Positions 1-14,350 of a DNA stretch of 64,000 nt are shown in pieces. Made by a program: the position numbers and the translations under genes. The stretch is from Callorhinchus milii (Eukaryota), in NCBI RefSeq assembly GCF_018977255.1, contig NW_024704742.1, positions 57,104,001 through 57,168,000 of the forward strand, written 5' to 3'. Each line of letters begins with the position of its first letter. Within the stretch, counting starts at the first letter, position 1. The notes beneath the pieces were generated by a model that saw nothing but the letters and a program-made list of their open reading frames with translations, did no database searches and was not told where the DNA came from.

Positions 1-212
1 CAATGCGTTTTTAACATTTAGTGTGCTAACTGCTGCTGAGTTCAAAAAGTTACCACCAAAATGTATTTCTAGTTTTAAATTTCAGTTGTGAATTTTCATT
101 GTTTGGAAATGACTAGAATGAAGTTAAATTAGAAAAGTTGAAATGTTCAAGCTTGTCAAAAACATATGCATGCTATAAAAACTTGATAGGCATTCAGTTC
201 ATTACATTTTTG

Positions 213-770
213 TCATAGGAACATAGCAATTGCTAGACAAAAAAAGACCAAGGTCCATCTAGTCTGTCTTCTACCATCCTGGTTGTCGCATGCTACAATA
301 ATGGAGATGTGGATAACAATTAGTTCTGTGTGTATTAGCCTACCCTACCAATAAACTGGAAAGCTTTGGGAACCTTAGTTCGAAAGTTGCATAGTTCTTC
401 CAAGCCTACTACACTTACTATATGTCATGTCTCAAATTACTCATGTACTGTAACCCCAAATATTATTTTATAAAATCCCTCTAAATTGCATTTGAATAAA
501 TTGACACTATCTGCTTCCACCATCTCCCTCTGGAGGCTGTTCCATAGATTTACCACTATCACTGAAATGGTGTTTCTGCAGATTGTATGCAGTCGCGCCA
601 TCCTTCAGTCATTCTGGTTGCCCTCCTCTGTATCCTCTCAATCGCTGCAATATCCTTTTTCTACTGTACGACTAGAACTGTACACAGTATTCCAAGTATG
701 GCTTGTACCAATGATTTATAAAGTGGCATGCTTGCTCTACTATTTCAGCTCAATATTGCCCATTTAATAC
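213..770 (-). mobile_element. Degraded CR1-type LINE 3' fragment
   Basis: About 670-725 on - resembles the CR1 ORF2 motif LYKSLVRPHLEYCVQF, with a CR1-like 3' end near 213. Boundaries approximate. Confidence 0.6.
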
Positions 771-1973
771 ATGAGAACATATTTACTCTCATTTCAGTCT
801 GATTTAGCAAGATTATTGTCTTTTAATTCCTTACATTTGTTTATTTGTTTGTCAAAGCTTATATATTCATGTTTGACCAGCAAATATTGCTTAGGCAAAT
901 TCTTTAAGTGTGAAAACAACTCTGAACCTGTGCCCTCTAGTCCTGCTGCCCATCAATGAACTCTTCAAGTTACCATTTATCGAACCTTGGATTTTCCTTA
1001 TTTTGAAATAATCCCTGTGCTGAAACCTACAATAAATTTACCCTACCTTATGTAAACATTTGGGTAAAATATTAAGCGTTTTGGTTTTATGAATAATGTT
1101 TCTAGGTTATTTAATAATAATCCTTGCATTTGATACACAACGTCCCACAAACAGCTATGGGGTGAATGACCAATTTACAAAATTTACAAAATATAATTTG
1201 CAAATGTAATTTTGTTGTAATTAACCTTTGCAATTATTTAAACCCCTGTGATTTGGACACATTGAGTGGAATCAGAATGCACCAGTGGACTTGTGGAGTT
1301 GACCTGGCTAGTAATGTTCTGCCATTGCCTAGAAAGAGCCTCACTATGTAATGATTATTAAAGCTAGGACTCTTCGGTATTGAGAGTAGACGACTTCTGA
1401 CTCATACTTTGGCTGCAATGATTCTGAATCTGTTTCTTTTTTATTTATATTTTCCTTAGTTAGAAAGTGCATCATCACAAGTGATATATCAATTTTTAAC
1501 AAAACAAAGTATTGTACATCCAAGTAGCCTCAGTGATTCAGGGGCTGCAATGCAATCATGATGTACTTTCTCACAAGATCCCAAGATTGGTCTGGACTTA
1601 GAAGACCATTCGGCCCATCTGATCTCATCCCTCCAGACCACCCTCCCTATCATTCCTCCCATCACGGAGCTGCTTTTTAAATGAGTCTAGATCCCTAGCT
1701 TCTATCACCTATCCTGGCCATCTGTTCCAATCATTGAATAAAGTTTTCTTTATGAGTAGGGTAATCAATGATTGGAACAGGTTGTATCTGCCCTGAAATT
1801 ACCTTTATAACTTAAATCCAAGTTCTCTTGTTCTACTGTCATGATATATCCTAAAGTATTGATCTGGGTTTAGTTTTTCAATTGCATTTAAAATGTTATA
1901 CACTTCAATGGGGTCCCCACTAAGTCGTCTTCTTTCAATACTGAAGAGCCCTTGCTTGTATAGTCATTATACA

Positions 1974-2274
1974 GTGGAGTCCTGTAGCTCAGTGGTTAGA
2001 GCACTCGCTTTGCAAGCGAGAGACCTGAGTTCAATTCCAGGCAGAGCGAAACCTTTCCTTACTCCACACGCCTAATAATAATCCCTCCAAAAACAATAAT
2101 AAGTTGGTCATTTTCAATCTACGACTGTCTGTGGGACATTGCTGTGTGCAATTGACTGCCGCGTTCGCCCACAAATATACAGTCAATTCACTTTACAGTA
2201 TATTCTGTGAAGCGCTTTGGGATGTCCTCCCGATGTGAAAAGCACTATATCAAATGCAAGGATTATTATTATTA
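1974..2274 (+). mobile_element. tRNA-derived SINE, short young form
   Basis: Head GGAGTCCTGTAGCTCAGTGGTTAGAGC with A and B boxes, L2-like tail, (ATT)n end. Near-identical to the copies at 13483, 54548 and 58750. Confidence 0.9.
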
Positions 2275-3570
2275 GATTCCTGAATAATTTTTAGATTCTG
2301 GTGTATTTTCAGATAGTGACAAATCTGGTACCTTTTGGGTTAGTAACCTTCTTCAGGTTCATTCATGAATTTCTCTAAATTAAGGTTTCCTTTTTATGAA
2401 GCGTTTTCATATGTTATGCAATCTGATGGCAGATTCTTCTGATTTTGGGTTCAAGATTTAGCTTACGCGATAAGGCTCTATATCAAATGCAAGTATTATA
2501 AAACATTTTGGTTTACTGAATTAACTATCCACATATTTATGTGGATTTTTAAGCACTTTGTGTAAGTGACTATGTTTTGTAATGCTGTAATTTTCTCATA
2601 AAATAATAGACTAATACACGTGTTGATATTAACACACTGTGTGTCTTCTGTGATTGGTCAACTGTGCTGTACCAGCTGTTCATTGCTGGTTTTGATTTTT
2701 GATTTGCAATTAGAAAACCAATTTTTATAATTTTTTTAGGCTCTGAATAACATTATGTTGAATACTACAGAGATATTTTGGATATGAAAAGCCTCTGTAT
2801 CCTGTTGAAGGACTCATAGCATTTATGCTATTTCTTTTATGATAACTGTTTAATGTCCTTCAACTTATTGTAGCAAGCTTCCAGTATTTGTTCTAAAGAA
2901 GCTAAAAATAATCTTTGCAGCAGGATATTTCTTACAACAGAGAATTTGATGTTTTATTTCTGTGACCCATTGATTATTACATATTTACTTTAATACATAA
3001 TCTGTAATTAGTCAAAGAGAAAGCAGATAAATGAGCAAGGTCATGGCTGCACGCCAGTGGGTGCACATGAATGAGATATGTTTCAAGGACACTCATTACC
3101 CGATTAATTACCATAAAGGGGCATGAGAAATATCCAAGTCCACAATTGACTCCCAATACTTTTGCCAGACTTTTCTTTGATATTGTTGTTTTTAGACCGA
3201 GAAATAGGCTGATTTACTCACTTATAATTATGTGTTTGAAAACCATACAAGTTTAGGTGTAGACTGAGGTGATCAAATACTTTCCTATGGCACTATTTCT
3301 GTGTCCCTAAGGGTGGAGAAAGAGAGGTGGGGTAATGTTGTTGGTAGAAGACCACATTTCAACAATGTGAAATTCTTGCAAATCCCTCACAAATTTTCCA
3401 TGAAATTTGACGTGAGCAAATTAGAAGATCAAATACAGTAGTTTATTTTTGTGGTTGGTTGTTTTCAGAATCCCATCTTAAAATATGTTGGTTGATCCTT
3501 AGCATCAACAAAACTATGCCATTGATGCAAGACACTCATTATACTTAACATAATTTTTCACTTCCTCTGA

Positions 3571-3735
<165 letters not shown>

Positions 3736-4445
3736 TAGTATATTCACAGAACCAAGCTCTCCGGGACGCTACCCCGTGTGAAGGGTGCTATATAAATGCA
3801 AGTTGTTGTTGTTGAATATAATGTTAGTGTTTTACATACTTATTATTCAACAAATCATTTTAATAGTCATTTTCTTGTTTTGTTGTGCCTATTTACCACT
3901 TTTCACTCACCAGAAATGTTTTAATCTTCATTCCGATGATCCTCCACGCACTGCTGGGTTAAATTAAGGGCATTTGTTGTATGGCTGTATGTCCATTTTT
4001 ATGCATGTCACATGAGATTTCTTTATTACTCTTGAATTCAACTCAAAGGGAGGAGAAAGCATGATTGGAGCAACATTGTTTCCTGCACTGTATTGGCTCA
4101 TTAAGCCTTTGACTTGGAGACCTGTTGTGTAACGTAGGGGCCATTTGCTATTTGAATTCCATTAGATGGCAAATTGATATTTTTGATTGGCTGTGCGGAG
4201 CAGAGACTATCTACTTAGTTAATAAAGGTAACGTCAAATCAGGAGGGGTAAGTACTACCTTATGCCTCACTTTGTATTACTTTCTTTCGCACCCTCCCCC
4301 CAAGCAACTGGATTAGAGACTCTGAGTTTTGTGTCAATCGTGTCAGTCAGGCTTCAAGACTTCATGTCTTGGAAAGGTGCGAAATAGATAAAATAAACTT
4401 GTTCTGTTTCAACACCATATTTTAATGTTGTGTCTTTTATTTCAG

Positions 4446-4552
4446 GAGGAAGTTCGAGAACATCCAGCCGTAAGAACTTTCAAGCAATGTCTAATTCACA
4501 TGCAGCAGTTTCAGCTAAGTCTCCTAAGTCTGGCTTGGCAAACCAGTCATAA
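4446..4552 (+). CDS. CFAP97: CFAP97 terminal coding exon
   Basis: Polypyrimidine tract and ttcag| acceptor. Phase 1 join gives RGSSRTSSRKNFQ...NQS-TAA; RxSRTSS resembles the human terminal exon. AATAAA at 4624-4629. Confidence 0.75.
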
Positions 4553-4623
4553 ATGTTCACATGTGTTCAACTTGTTCCCATTGTCCATGTTCGTTGTTTT
4601 CTGCAGCTGTATATTCTTGAATG

Positions 4624-4629
4624 AATAAA
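4624..4629 (+). terminator. Candidate polyadenylation signal of CFAP97
   Basis: AATAAA about 70 nt after the stop codon, followed by T-rich sequence. Confidence 0.5.
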
Positions 4630-5699
4630 CCATGTTAAATTGTATTTTATTTTAAAATCTATCATTCCATTCTTACAACATTTGAATCTCAAATTGAGAT
4701 ATTTTGTAGGTGTTGTAATGTAATGTTATATTAGTTATTTTTGTGTGGTAATTGACTGCTGATTCATCAATTCAAAATTTTGTATTCAAACATTTTGATT
4801 TATAACTTGGTCAATTCTTTATAACTGAGCATATCTTAATAACTTATCTACCATTATTTTTAATAAAGAAAATATTCTTTTTAATCTAAGAACCCCAGGC
4901 CTTAACACACCATTTTTACTCTTAGTTAGAATATTTTTAGTCTATCCATCTTTTAATTAGTAATGTTGATCTGCTGTTTTAAATTATTTTCAATTTAACT
5001 TTTAAGGCTCTGAAAGTTCTTTTTTCCTGTTGAATGCCATTTGTTTTTTTTCTTACATTTTCTAACTGTGAATCTAAATGTTGATTAAATTGAGATTTGA
5101 CCTTGGATACGTTTCTAGGCTGATTCTTGTCCAACTCACAGAGTCAGGGCCTTGAATTTCATTCATCTTGATGGCAAAACCAACACATTTTATTCTGCAG
5201 GAAATCAGGGACTCAAGGGGAAGATACATTGGAATAAGTAATGCCAAGTGAAGACCACAATTCGGGAGGTGTTAAAATGGGTTATATAATAATAATAATC
5301 CTTGCATTTGATATAGCGCTTTCCACGTCTTCTCAATGTCTCAAGGCGCTTCACAGAATAGACTGTAAAGTGAATTGACTGTATGTTTGTGGGTGAAGCC
5401 TTCCTGTGGGGAAAAAAGAATTGGTACCCAAAGAGCAAAAATGGATGGCTTCACAAAAGATTGTATTAGCTGCCAAATGCATTGAATTGGAACTAGGTTT
5501 TGGGCATAAGTTGACAATTTGTTTGACGTTTGAATGAACAAAATTCCATAGGAGAGGAGACTCTTGGATTAATTTGTTCATTTCATGTTATGTTTTCAAA
5601 AAAACAATATTCTACTCGCTATTACTGCTGACAGGCTCTCACCAAATTGTCTGTTTTCAGTAGCCATAACTGACTGATTCATCTATGACATCCATTCTC

Positions 5700-5862
5700 T
5701 GCTGCAATGACATGACATTGAGGAGGTTCAAAATGCAGGATGTTCAAGAACCATGGCTTTCAAGGCACTGTGAAGTTGAGGAATAGAGTACAAAATAATG
5801 TTAAATTTAAATAAAACTTTGGTTTGACCACATTTAGAGTGCTGTATACAGTTCTGTCTCCA
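5700..5862 (+). mobile_element. Degraded CR1 ORF2 fragment
   Basis: aaaactttggtttgaccacatttagagtgctgtatacagttctg resembles the KxLVRPHLEYCVQFW motif. Confidence 0.5.
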
Positions 5863-6930
5863 ACAGCAAAGGCTTCTTCAATGCTCCAGCTTGCAGGATT
5901 TAGAGCACTGAGCCCGTTCTGGCACTATTAAATAACACCTTAGCACTGGCATGTATGAACACAAAACTTTGCTTCATTTTGTGAAGATTGACACTGATGG
6001 GAGTGTAACTTGTTCAGTTGGATTATTTGGATGAATGATATGAAACAATATGCAAAATTGCACTAATATGCAGATGAATATCTGTCAGCACTGGACGAGC
6101 ATGTTCCGGGTTGGATGTTGTTGTTGTTTTGGGATCACTGCCAATTTGGCAGCTTGGGGAGAGCAGTGTGCAGAACTGAAGTGATTGATTTTTGCTGTCG
6201 TTTCAACCAGGAACTTGTGGAACTCCTGAACATTGCAGGATCAGGCAAATGCCAGTTGTGTACTGGCTGATTCTTTGATATTAACCTTCCCAAAATGAAA
6301 CAGTATTGAGTTCAAATGGGATTTCTTCAAAACCTTCTTCTGGAGGACTGGCCATAACCTCTGCAGCATGTCATTATTGTGGTTTAGCCAAAACAAGTAG
6401 CACATTTATATCAGGCTTGCTGGACAAATATTTTAATTTAATAATAAACTTTTTAAATTTATATTTCATTGATAACTAAATCTTTAACTTTTTTTTAATT
6501 CAAACTCTCATATGTCCCAACTCGCTGGAACTTCCAAACCAGAATCTATTTAACTTGCCCCTTCCTTCATCTCCTTCAAGATCTTCCAGTTTGACTACTC
6601 TTTTGGTCATCCCCCCCCTCCCCCTCACCCCTTTGCCCCAATGGCCTCCACCCCAATCTTGGGTGCAAACCCTGGATTGTTTGATGCCTTGGGAAGTGCT
6701 CCCGATGTGAAAGGCACTATAATAAAAATAAATTTGTATTTGATGCTTGCAGAAAAAAAATCTTATCTTTTTCACCAGAATCCATTTGAAAGGTTGAGAA
6801 ATCCTGCCTGTTGTCAAAATTTCTACTTGCATCACCCCATTGATCTACATATCTGACAAGTGTGAACAGTATAAATTCTGTCTAGAATTCATATAAACTA
6901 AAAAGAACAGGTTAATTCAAGACAGGATTT

Positions 6931-6936
6931 TTTATT
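6931..6936 (-). terminator. Candidate polyadenylation signal of SLC25A4
   Basis: tttatt on + reads AATAAA on -, about 400 nt after the stop codon. Confidence 0.55.
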
Positions 6937-7327
6937 GGAAACTATGTATTAGCAGTCTTAATAGATACATTTGATTTGGTAAGAGACGATGCTCAACAAT
7001 ATACATATCTGTATAACCTGGACCACATGTCTTAAATATAGAATTCATCTCCATCTTCCATCTCCTGAAAATAATACTGATAACCATGTTTATAAAGTAG
7101 GTCATTTCCTTGGAAAAGGCTAAGGAATTGTGTATGTGACTGACATAGCTAAAAAGTGACTCTTAAAATATAAATAATTTTCCTATCTGTTGTATCTCCC
7201 CAACTTACAACTGCTTATACTCAGACCTACCGACAGGTTTCCACAAGGTCAGTTGTTAAAAACAGTGTTCTGTTACAATATATTACAGGTTTCTAACTTT
7301 GAATAATCGTCAGTGGTCTTTTGAACC

Positions 7328-7485
7328 TTAAGTATATTTCTTGATTTCATCATATAATACAAGTACAAAAGCACCGCCCATTCCTCTTATCACATTGGAC
7401 AAAGCACCTTTGAAGAAAGCTTTAGATCCTTCATCCTTTGCAATCTTCTTCCAGCAGTCCATTGTGCCCTTGTACATAATATCAG
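7328..7485 (-). CDS. SLC25A4: ADP/ATP translocase 1, exon 4
   Basis: tgcag|CT acceptor. Encodes (T)[54 protein letters not shown]; 158 nt. Confidence 0.97.
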
Positions 7486-9084
7486 CTGCAACAAGAAATA
7501 AAATGTATTATCCACTCAGAGTACATGCTCTAGTCATTAGCTGTAAGATAAAATGATTTTCCCTCTTGCAGAATGAAAGTGTCTAGATTCACCACCAATT
7601 TCAACATTAAAGAATGAAAACTGCTTTAATCTAATTAAGGGAACAAAGATTAAAAAAAACTGTTCAATAGTTTACAACCACGAGTTGAACATTACAATTA
7701 CATTAAAGCCGTGTAATCACTGTCTGTTTATTATCCATATAATCATTATACATTGGGGTCAAATCAGTTTGTTGTGATGATAACATAATAATTAGAAGAT
7801 AACTGCCATTATGTTCAGCATCTGTTCTCTCTTTATCATCTTCCTACATCATACCCCATAACCACCTGGCTGTGAGGAGGATTCAAGAGGGTGGTCACAT
7901 AGCCTGCTGCCAGGTCTCTTCCAATCTGTTGCCCACCACTAAGATGTGCACAAAACAGGCTGTCGACAGTAAGATGGTGGTAGTACACCCATTTCACACT
8001 GAACTGTAATGCTCACTAGTAAGCTCACAGGGAGTTCCTGGTGTCTGTTATCCACCTAGTGAAAGCTCAAACTTTTGCTTATTGGATTTCAATTGAACGA
8101 CTAGGACCATCTAGCAGGATGAGTCCCTCCAGGGTGAGAGTGAGAGTGCGCCTAAATACCAGAATTTTTATGTGTATGTTGCAATGCACCGAACTTATAG
8201 TCTGGTTTGGATAATCTTAAGCATGGTAATGAGTTTCTACATGTTTCCGACACCCGGCTCATCCAAAATAAAATGATTTATTTTTTTTACTCTCCCATAT
8301 TAAATATATGGGAATCCTTTTTTTNCTCTAAATGCTCTTAAGTGAAACAATTATAACTTATGATAGTCACAAGACTGGTGCGTGGTGACACAACACGTTG
8401 TGTCAGTATTCCAATGCACAATGTCACTGAAAGGGAAATGCTTGAAAAAGAAAATGAAAGGCAATGAGCAGCAAACGAGAGAATAGAATTAAATTTGGTG
8501 GCTCGTGTGGAGATAAACATCACCAAAGACATGATTCCCATGAAGCAATTTCCCTGAATCCAAAAGGCAATGCAAATGAGAAGGCACCTAACATTGAGAG
8601 GTCAGGTATATCCTCCATACAGGCATAACAAGGAAATTTAAAAGGCATCTGATGGAGAACAGGATTCATGGCAATGGAAGATTTTATAGGCACAATTTAA
8701 AATATGGACAGAGACCAGATTCCTTAATATTTTACCGGCTGCTCCAATGGTATAGTGGACAGAGCTGCAACTTATAAACTGGGAGCTCCCTATTTAAATC
8801 CTGGCCCTTGCTGGTTCCTGCTCCCTCTTCAGTACCCTTTATTGGTTGGGCGTGTGTATGGCAACCAGGTGGGGAGAGTTCAGACTGGTCAGTGATGACC
8901 AGATGCACCCCAACAAGAGGTGGCTGGGGAGGTTATGCCAGTGGTGAGGGACTAGGGGAAAAATTGGACGTACAACTTTTTTTATAAAAAGGATATTTTA
9001 AATTAAACCTTAAACTTATCATTATTACAACTACATACAGCAGCCCTAATACGCAATCCTTATATTGGTCAAGAGAAGAGATCA

Positions 9085-9462
<378 letters not shown>

Positions 9463-10696
9463 TTATGAAATAAGAAATGGATCTAGTGATGGATAGACAT
9501 GGACAGGTGAAGGGAAAAGGCCGCTTGGATTCAGTTTCCTCTTGCCTCTCTCTCACCCAGTAAACTATTGCCTAGCTCGGCTCTGTGCACTGGAGAACAT
9601 GAGTGAAACTGACACCCTGACCTCAGCCACTCGCTTCTCTTCAGTTGCACGGCTGTGCTACTTATATCAATCAGATGACTACTCACTCACCCCGGTATCT
9701 TTTTTCACTCTGAATAGGCTTTACTCGAATGCACAAATAAAACGGTAACGTGGCTGTCTGATCGGATCAAGAGCAGAACATAAACTTTTCATGAATTTGT
9801 AAAGTTTCCAACACCTGGCAGTACCTGCTGAGCTTCCATTGACCTCCCACCCAGACCAGGTAGATACATGTCTAACTCACACGTTTAGACACACAGATTG
9901 TTCTTGCCGCTAAGGTCTGACAGAAAAGTGGATGCTGTGTCGGGAGTTTCTTCTTATAAAGACAAATTTTGTCAAAGTTGCTACATTTTGTTGCCAGTGG
10001 AATTGCACACCCAACAAAGTGCGACTTGTTTTGTTTCTTGGGATGGAGATGAGTAACTTTAGACGTTAATCATTTGCAACACACATCTAAACACACCAAT
10101 ATAGGTTAACTTGGCAATGGAATATTTTCAACGAGATCAATACTAGGCGTAAATTGAAAGTCTTGAAAATATCTCATCTCCTGTGTCTACCATCTATTCC
10201 TGCAACCTTTTAGGAAAGCTATGTAGTCACATTTACATTTCCAAATGCCAAAAACTCAAGACAGAGTTTAACTGCAATCGATCGCTGCTAACGTTTTCCT
10301 CTCAGTTATTTAGCGAATCACATAAAAAACATAAATATATTGGGGCAATGGACCCAATTCTCACACTCGCGTTAATCACTCACTTTTGGGAAACCTTATG
10401 AGATTTGATGAACAAAGTGCAGATCCTAAGATTAAAGTATACAGAGGCATAATAAACCCAATTCTATTCAAAACACATAGGGAAGCCTAACAAAAAATAT
10501 AATATTCCATCCTCATGTTGTGCCTGAGTGAATAGAGATCATACGATCACTTCAAGGAGTCCTTTTGCAACTTCTCAAATACATTTTCTTGGTGAAGATC
10601 ACTGTTTTTACACAGACATTAAGACGGCAGTAGTGTGAGCCCCCCCACCCCCTCCCACATTGCCAGCACATTACCTGCCTGTGATGACCTGCTTAC

Positions 10697-11183
10697 CTTT
10701 GGCAGTGTCGTACACTCCGAAATAAGCGGCCCGGTAGATGATGATCCCCTGGACAGAGACGCTGAAGCCCTGGTACAGCCCTTTCAGGCCATCCAATTTG
10801 AAGATCTTGCTCAGACAGTTGGCCAGACCGGTGAACTCTCGCTCGCTGGCGCCTTTGCCCACATCAGCTGCCAACCGGGTCCTGGCGAAGTCCAGCGGGT
10901 ACACAAAGCACAGGGAAGTGGCTCCAGCCGCCCCTCCTGACGCCAGGTTACCAGCAAAGTAACGCCAGAACTGCTTTTTCTGATCAACTCCCCCCAGGAA
11001 AATTGTCTTGTACTTGTCCTTGAAAGCGAAGTTGAGAGCCTGGGTGGGGAAATACCTGATCACGTTGGCCAGGTTCCCGCGCCAAAAGGAGATGAATCCT
11101 TGCTCCTTGGGAATCCGAACCACGCAGTCTATGATCCCCTTGTACTGCATTTCTGCTGTGATCTGCTTGCTGGTATGCTGGAC
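10697..11183 (-). CDS. SLC25A4: ADP/ATP translocase 1, exon 2
   Basis: 487 nt, cag|GTC to G|gtaagc. [29 protein letters not shown]...YFGVYDTAK; mitochondrial carrier repeats. Confidence 0.98.
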
Positions 11184-11429
11184 CTGACAGGGTTAACAAA
11201 AGACAAGAAAACTCAATAACATCATCATCTTACCTTACAATGATAATAACCTTTGTGTTTGACATAGTGCCTTATCACATTGTTGAGACGTCTCAAAGCG
11301 CTTCACAGAATATGCTGTAAAGTGAATTGACAGTGTATTTTGTGGGTTGTCTTAGGTCCAGCTGAAACTCACTTTCCCTATTACTGCATCACTATAATAA
11401 TACTATAATATACTATCACTATAATAATA

Positions 11430-11868
11430 AAACAATTCTTTGCATTTAGTGTAAAGAGCCTTTCAAGTTAGGACATCTTTAAGAGCTTCACAGAATGTAT
11501 TGTCAAGTGTAGCGGCTGTGTGTGTTTGTGTGTTATAGCAATGCCCCACAACCAGCCCTGAAATGGATGACCAATTTTACCTGGGGGTGGGGTGGGGGAG
11601 GGCGGTTGGGGTGTTGCTCAGAAAACCAGGAGAATACCCTCTCTTTTGCCAATAGTACCGTGAGGGTCTTTGACATCTGACTGAACAGGCAAAGCTGATG
11701 TTGGTTTAACATCTCACCCCAAAGAAGGCACCTCCTACAATACAGAGCACACCGAGCACTTTATTGGAGTGTCAGCCAAGACTAAGTGAGTTGAAGGTCC
11801 AGACTTGGGGCTTGAACCCACACACAACCTTCCGATTTAGAGGCAAGAGTGCTACCAACTGAGCCAGG
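11430..11868 (-). mobile_element. Ancient Deu-domain SINE relic (AmnSINE1/SacSINE1-like)
   Basis: Reverse complement has a tRNA-like head (GGCTCAGTTGGTAGCACTCTTGCCTCT) and a Deu-like core (GGAGGTGCC...GAGATGTTAAACC). Similar to the copy at 23890-24290. Confidence 0.7.
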
Positions 11869-13482
11869 TTTGGTGCTTTGGAGATGCAGCAATGTACAAG
11901 AACAAGTGGCTCAGTCTACAAAGCTGGATTCCACCAATATAGAACATATTATTCCCTCACTTTTTTGAAAAAAAATGATATTTTCTATAAAACCGTTTGG
12001 AAATACTGTAGATGAATTGGCAATGTATCAATGGATCCACTTAAAGCTATTTTAAATTGCATATGGAAGCAAACTGAGCATGCGCCAATTGAATCCTTCC
12101 TCCTTATTGCTTAGCCCCAAAGATAAGATTTCATTGAAAAGTGGTGACGAGAGGTGATAGGGGCAGAGAAACAGCAGGTCAAATGTTTGGAAAATATTAC
12201 TAAAAGTCAAGTTTGATGTACTGGTATTCTACAGTATCCGAACCTGAACATCACAATTATGTTTCACCCACAAATTATACAGTCAGTTACTTTACAGTAT
12301 ATTCGGTGAAACTCTTTGAGACGTCCCAAAGACACGATAAGGCACTGTATCAAATGCAAGGATTATTATGATTACTACATATACAAAATAATGCAGCTGC
12401 CTGTTCTGATACAAATAAGGTGAGGTGAATAAAACGCTGCCAATGATCAGCCCCATTGTGATTCGACCAGTTAGTGAATTACAATCTGTTGAGTCATTGT
12501 ACCTCTTCAGTCCAGCGATAAACTGAATCAGTGCACCCGGCTGATGTGCACAGATTATTTCCTCGCCCTTAAAATGAGATTAAAAAGACCCTGGCTGTGA
12601 ATAACACAGTAAGGAACAAGATTCCCAAATGTGAAAAGTTTCAATTCAGAAACAGATAATAATAATAATAATAATAATAATCAATGTATCTCAACATCAC
12701 ACCCACAAAATACACAGTCAATCCACTTTACAATATATTTTGTGAAGCACTTTGAGACATCTCAACGACATAAGGCACTACATCAAATGCAAGGATATAT
12801 TATTATTATTGTGTTGCAAAACGCCTAAGTTTCTAGCCAGGGTGCATTCTAGCCCAGGATCATGGGAATCGTTTTGTATAAATGATACATATCCGTGACG
12901 AATGCGTCAATCCATCGGCACAACTTTGAAATAAAATGTTTTCAAATGAAAAGGAAACTTAATTCTGACCAAAGAAAAATTGTACATTAACAAATATGAA
13001 TCCAACCGCAAGCTCCCGTTCAACAGCCTCTCGTAAAATTGCTTCTAAGGCGCTTAACCCTAAAGAGGACCCTCACCGCTCTCTATTGGGGCTGATTGGA
13101 AATGTTGCAAAGGTTTTGTTCACTTTCTACTGTACAAACCACAAATTCGTACCACTGCGGACCGTAACGCAATCTGCTGGCGCCCAACATAGGACCGGTT
13201 ACTAAATGATCCACGTAACCTTTTACTGATTTGAATAAGTTAAACGAAATTCCATCTTGAAACACTGTAAATTGTTTGCAGAAACTGCACGGCAGCTGCT
13301 GGAGGTTACGGGTCGGTTACAAGAAGGACGCATTTATGATTCTAATAACAGACCATGGGAAGTTATCCAGTTATTCAATAAAAGCCCCACCGCTTTCTTT
13401 ATATAGCCTTGCGCTGCTTTGGGACTCAAGATCTTTCAGTCAACTTCACAGTTGAACTCCGTTCATCCCTCTGTTGCACTCT

Positions 13483-13810
13483 GTGGAGACCTGTAGCTCA
13501 GTGGTTAGAGCACTCGCTTTTCAAGTGAGAGACCTGAGTTCAATTCCAGGCAGAGGGCGAAACCTTGGGCAAGTTTCCTTACTCCACACAGAGCCTAATA
13601 ATGATCCCTCCAAAACCAAAAACAATAATAAATTGGTCATTTTCAATCTACGACTGTTTGTGGGACATTGCTGTGTGCAATTGGCTGCCGCGTTCGCCCA
13701 CAAATATACAGTCAATTGACTTTACAGTGTGTTCTGTGAAGCGCTTTGGGACGTCCTCCTGACGTGAAAAGCGCTATATCAAATGCAAGGATTATTATTA
13801 TTATTATTAA
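13483..13810 (+). mobile_element. tRNA-derived SINE, short young form, in SLC25A4 intron 1
   Basis: Full head, CCTTGGGCAAGT CORE-like segment, GGGACGTCCTCCYGACGTGAAAAGCGCT tail and (ATT)n end. Confidence 0.92.
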
Positions 13811-13996
13811 TATTATTGCCTTCCTTTAGTCTCTTTGCTTTATTTTTTATTATGAATTATTATCATGAATTATTATTATTTGCGTTAACCCACGAGAAAA
13901 CTCTTGGCCAAGACACCCAGACACCACCACCCCCCCCCAAAAAAAAAAAAAAACGACTGCCTGGACAACTCGTGAGGTCCAAGTGTGGCTCCTCAC

Positions 13997-14107
13997 CTGC
14001 AGCAGCAGTTTGACCCTCTCGATGGGCGCCACTGCGGTCTTGGAGATGGCAGCGGCCACCCCGCCGGCCAGGAAGTCCTTCATGAAACTGATCGCGTAGT
14101 CAGACAT
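13997..14107 (-). CDS. SLC25A4: ADP/ATP translocase 1, exon 1
   Basis: ATG at 14107, 111 nt, [37 protein letters not shown]|gtgagg. Exon sizes 111+487+141+158 = 897 nt = 298 aa, the canonical vertebrate ANT structure. Confidence 0.97.
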
Positions 14108-14127
14108 CTCTGTGCTGCGGTGGGGGG

Positions 14128-14128
14128 A

Positions 14129-14163
<35 letters not shown>
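14128..14163. repeat. (GT)n(GA)n microsatellite in the SLC25A4 5' leader
   Basis: Seen directly, about 20-55 nt upstream of the ATG. Confidence 0.9.
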
Positions 14164-14259
14164 GGCGCCCGGAGCTGCGGTGCCAGTGACCAGTCCGCGC
14201 GTTCTGCAGCGACACTCCGCAGCGGCTCAGGACGTGGGCGATGCTCTCCCCACACCCCC

Positions 14260-14350
14260 CGACATCTAATATAAGGCTCCCGTGTATCGCGAGAGGGGTG
14301 CGGAGGGGGGGAGGCTCTGCCCCACAGCCCCGGGTCAGGCTCACATTGGT
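14260..14350 (-). promoter_or_regulatory. SLC25A4 proximal promoter (TATA-like, GC-rich, CCAAT)
   Basis: On - strand: CCAAT at 14345-14349, a GC-rich stretch, and CCTTATATTAG at about 14266-14276. Lies in a CpG-rich region about 160-240 nt upstream of the ATG. Confidence 0.55.

Noticed and set aside
1976..2045. tRNA-Ala-like sequence, also at 13483, 20213, 26104, 54874 and 58750
   Set aside because: These are SINE heads: no acceptor stem closure, and each continues into the same SINE body.
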